Assembly (NCBI RefSeq): GCF_036365525.1
Contig: NC_090376.1
Location: 57,934,559 to 57,998,558, forward strand
DNA from: Heterodontus francisci
Taxonomy: Eukaryota
Reading direction: 5' to 3'
Length of the DNA: 64,000 nt
Each line of letters starts with the position of its first letter. The first letter of the stretch is position 1. The notes beneath the pieces are model-generated. The model was not told the DNA's origin. It worked only from the letters and a program-made list of their open reading frames with translations, and searched no databases. This document shows positions 60,648-64,000 of this stretch, one piece after another. Both the position numbers and the translations under genes were made by a program.

Positions 60648-61300
60648 ACAGCAACAACAACAACTTGTATTTATATAGCACCTTTAATTTAATAAAATGT
60701 CCCTAGGTGCTTCATAGGAGCATTATAAAACAAAATTTGACACCGAGCCACATAAGGAGATCTTGGGTCAGTTGATAAAAAGCTTGGTCAAAGAGCTAGG
60801 TTTTAAAGAGTGTCTTAAAGGAGGAAGGCGAGGGAGAGAGATCTAGGGAGGGTATTCCAGAGCTTAGAATCTAGCCAACCGAAGGCATGGCCACCAATGG
60901 TAGAGCAATTAAAATTAGGAATGCACAAGAGGCCAGAATTAGAGGAGAACAGATATCTCGGAGGATTATGGGGCTGCAGGAGTTTACAGAAATAAGGACG
61001 GGCGAAGCCATGGAGGGATTTGAAAACAAGGATGAGAATTTTGAAATTAAGATGTTGCTTGACCGGGAGCCAGTGTAGGTCAGTGATCACAGGGCTGATA
61101 AGGGAAAGGGACTTGTTGTGAGTTAGGACACAGGCAGTGGAATTTTTGATGACCTCAGGTTTACGGAGGGTAGAATGTGGGAGACCAGCCAGGAGTGCAT
61201 TGGAATAGTTAAGTCCAGAGGTAACGAAGGCATGAATGAGGGTTTCAGCAGCAGATGAACTGAGACAGGGGTGAAGTCAGGCAATGTTATGAAGCAGCTT
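60648..61300 (-). mobile_element. L2-type LINE 3' fragment
   Basis: ORF 60815..61090 (LHWLPVKQHLNFKILILVFKSLHG...GGHAF...LWNTLP); (CAA)n at the 3' end. Confidence 0.85.
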
Positions 61301-62479
61301 AGTGATGGTATTCCCCATGCATAGAAATGGGATTCAGTTTCTCCAAAGACATAGGTGTCAATGAAGAAGTTGTGATCAACAGAATTATGATTCTTGTATA
61401 TTTTATGCTTTACACTCTTCAATAGCAAACAAATTATGCAATGTATGAAAAATATTGGGACGAAGGAGTTGCATTTTAATCCAGTTTAGAAGATTGGTGT
61501 CATTTTTGACACCATTCTGAATCAGAACAGAATTTAGATTTAAGAAACATTCCTCTTTTAATAAAAGATATCCCCTATGAAATGTTAACTTTTGTTCTTT
61601 ATAGATGCTGACACATTTACAATCTTTTTCTAACACTTTCTGTTCCATTTCAGAGCCTGGATTTTCCATTGGTCCCAGCCCAATTTTGTGACACTAAGTG
61701 GGCAGGTAGCAGCAGGAAATGGGATCAAGCTCCATAATGATAAATCATTGCCTATGCAATCAGCTGACCTATTTTCTGGTGTTAGTTTTGGGACCTGTGG
61801 GAAGCACTTGTCCATCTTCGGGAAAGTATGTGCAGATGAGGCAAGTGTGATATCATACAGCATCACTTCCACCTCACTTGAACTTATTTGTATTCATATG
61901 GTTTTATATAGACATCTAGGGTTGCTTGCTGTCATACAGAAGGTGAAAGAGCATTTTGACATATTGAATGTCAATAGCAACAGTTAAAAGGTTATTTCTA
62001 AGTATTTGTAATCTTTTTGTTATCTTTTACTTCTGCCAATCACTTTGTCACTAACCTTTCTTCCATTTGCTGATGGATCCCCATTTCCTCTCCCTCTGAT
62101 ATCAGGCAGGAAGCAATGCTCCCGATATTTAGCAGGAGATGGAGATGGAGGTGGAGAGGGAGCAGGGGGTTAGGATTGTAGTGACCGGAAATGCGTATAA
62201 TGTGGATGTCTTGCCAAATTTAATGGTGAGGCATCATTTGAATTTTTCTTTGTTTTCTGGCAGGCAGTTGGCCAGACAAAAGTGGCTGGTTGATTGTCGG
62301 GTGGGAAGGGCTGCTATGGAAGGCCACAGCTGGGGAGTTAAATGGGAAGGAAAGGGTGAAAAGATGGCAGGTTGGAGGGAGATTGCAGGTCCTGGGGGCT
62401 CTGTATTGCGGGTGGGGGACTTCGGATCATGGGGAGGGAAGCAGGCTTGCTTGTGGTGCTGGGGGAACCACCTGGCCAT

Positions 62480-62866
62480 TCTCTCTTCCCTTCAGCTGCC
62501 AGCTTTTAGTTGGCAGCTGTTCATCACTCTGTTGCTCACACCTCCTCTACACACCTTCTGTTTATTTACTCGTCCCTTATATCACTTCGTTTGGCCTTGC
62601 ACCATGAACCTTTTTTGTCGTTTAATCTCTCTTGTCTTCCACCCTTTCATAGACATCCCCTTTTTGTTTGTTTTCCCACCCTCCCCCGCTTTTACTTGCT
62701 TAAAACCTATTGCGTTTCTAACATTTCCTGGTTCAGATAAAAGGTCACAGACCTGAAATGTTAACTCTGTTTCTCTCTCAGCAAATGCTGCCTGACCTGC
62801 TGAGCATTTCCAGCACTTTCTGTTTTTATTTTAGATTTCCAGCAGCCGCAGTATTTTGCTTTTGTG
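62480..62866 (+). mobile_element. Penelope-like 3' region with a mutated hammerhead core
   Basis: Collinear with ~41750-42095; GGTT-CAGATAA-A-AGGTC-ACA-GACCT-GAAA-TGTT-AACT at 62730-62766. Confidence 0.8.
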
Positions 62867-63126
62867 TTTGAGGAGGGAAGTACTGTTTGAACAGAGCAAC
62901 ACAGAACCCCCCACCCATACCACCCACCCCCCCACCAGCCCCTCACAAAGAAAGCTGATCAGAAGCAGTGAAGAGAGAGAGTCGTGTTATCATTGCCAAT
63001 GTTAGCAACCCATGCACAGCAACCTAATGCTGGAGAAACATTGGCCTTATCAGGATGAGCAATGTAACAGGAGCCAGCCACACCGTCCTGGAGTGCATAA
63101 TACTGTACACTTACAAAATTATCCCC

Positions 63127-63940
63127 TCACAAGGTATTCAAATACTTAAATTGTTCACCATTAGTATCCATGGTGAACGCCATGTTGGAGATGGACTCCT
63201 CCACGCTGTTTGACAGTGACAAGAGGCTGTCTGGTAGGCCTGCCAATGCACCATGCATCTCAGTGTGCATGTTCATCAGCATTCTCCTGCATGCCACCCC
63301 ATTGAAGACCTCATCTGACTCCTCTGCAGCAGAATTTATCTGCAATCTCACCCTCTGGGGAGCTGACCCACGAACTATCCGTTCCCCCTGGCCTGCCTGC
63401 AGCCCATTTGTACCCAGTGACTCACCACATGCAGGTCCCGACTGTATACTAGTCTCTAAAGTTTGCGCAGTGCCAGTATGTGAGCTGGTGTATGCGAGCA
63501 CCAGATCAAGTGACCGTGCTTCTTCAACACTGGTGTGAATTTACTCACCCTCTTCCTCCTGGCTGTGCTGTGTTTGGCCAGTTGGAATTCTTGGGTATCT
63601 GACAGCATAAAAGCAGAAGGGGAGGGTTGAGATGAGGTGGGGGGTGGGGGGGGGGGGGGGTGGACAGGGTTGGGGGAGCTTGGAGGGGAGGAAAACAGGT
63701 CTATGGTCACACCATCTCCGGCTGTCACTTCATGCCAGATATTAGAATGAGAGTGAGGAGGGAGTTCAGAAGGAACATAAGACAGTAACATGCCAACATC
63801 CTGGATGGTCTTGGCAATGTCAGATGCCACAGGCTCCCTCACAGTCTGTTCCATGATTCACAGCACCTTCTCCTCCTTTATACACAGTATGCATGGATCA
63901 TGCTGGCCTCCTGCTGATTCTCTGTTTCTCCCTCCTGTTA
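63127..63940 (-). pseudogene. Second Harbinger accessory gene remnant
   Basis: Protein similarity to 57773..58414 (SAAE..DE.F...R.LM..H.E..G.L..LP.SL.S.S.S.EES); same acceptor context CAG|ATACCCAA at 63598. Confidence 0.6.
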
Positions 63941-64000
63941 CTGGATACTTTATCCCCCAGTAAGAGGGCAGAATTTCAGTGATTGTGTTGCTCTGAGTTT

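Noticed and set aside
62139-62756. 205-aa ORF as a novel gene
   Set aside because: It runs across a GC-rich repeat-like segment into Penelope-like 3' sequence; low-complexity composition and no recognisable domain or splice support.

Overview
This is eukaryotic, vertebrate DNA. The transposon repertoire points to a cartilaginous fish, but that is inference. The only host gene supported by the sequence is the 3' end of soluble guanylate cyclase alpha-2 (GUCY1A2, + strand): a catalytic-domain exon at 30077-30231 and the last coding exon at 42738-42945, which ends in the PDZ-binding motif RETSL. These are preceded by an intron of more than 30 kb and probably followed by a long 3' UTR. Much of the rest is nested transposable elements: several CR1 LINE families (one young and nearly intact), a Zenon-like single-ORF LINE with a tRNA-like head plus a SINE made of its two ends, Penelope-like elements carrying minimal hammerhead ribozymes, L2 remnants, a DeuSINE, Tx1 LINEs, and Harbinger/PIF relics and MITEs. 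The most notable signal is a U_UUA_AAC slippery heptamer in canonical -1 phase at the end of CR1 ORF1 in three divergent families. In the youngest copy it opens directly into an ORF2 with no AUG before the endonuclease, suggesting programmed -1 ribosomal frameshifting. Family assignments come from motif recognition by eye, not database searches, and boundaries of old elements are approximate.
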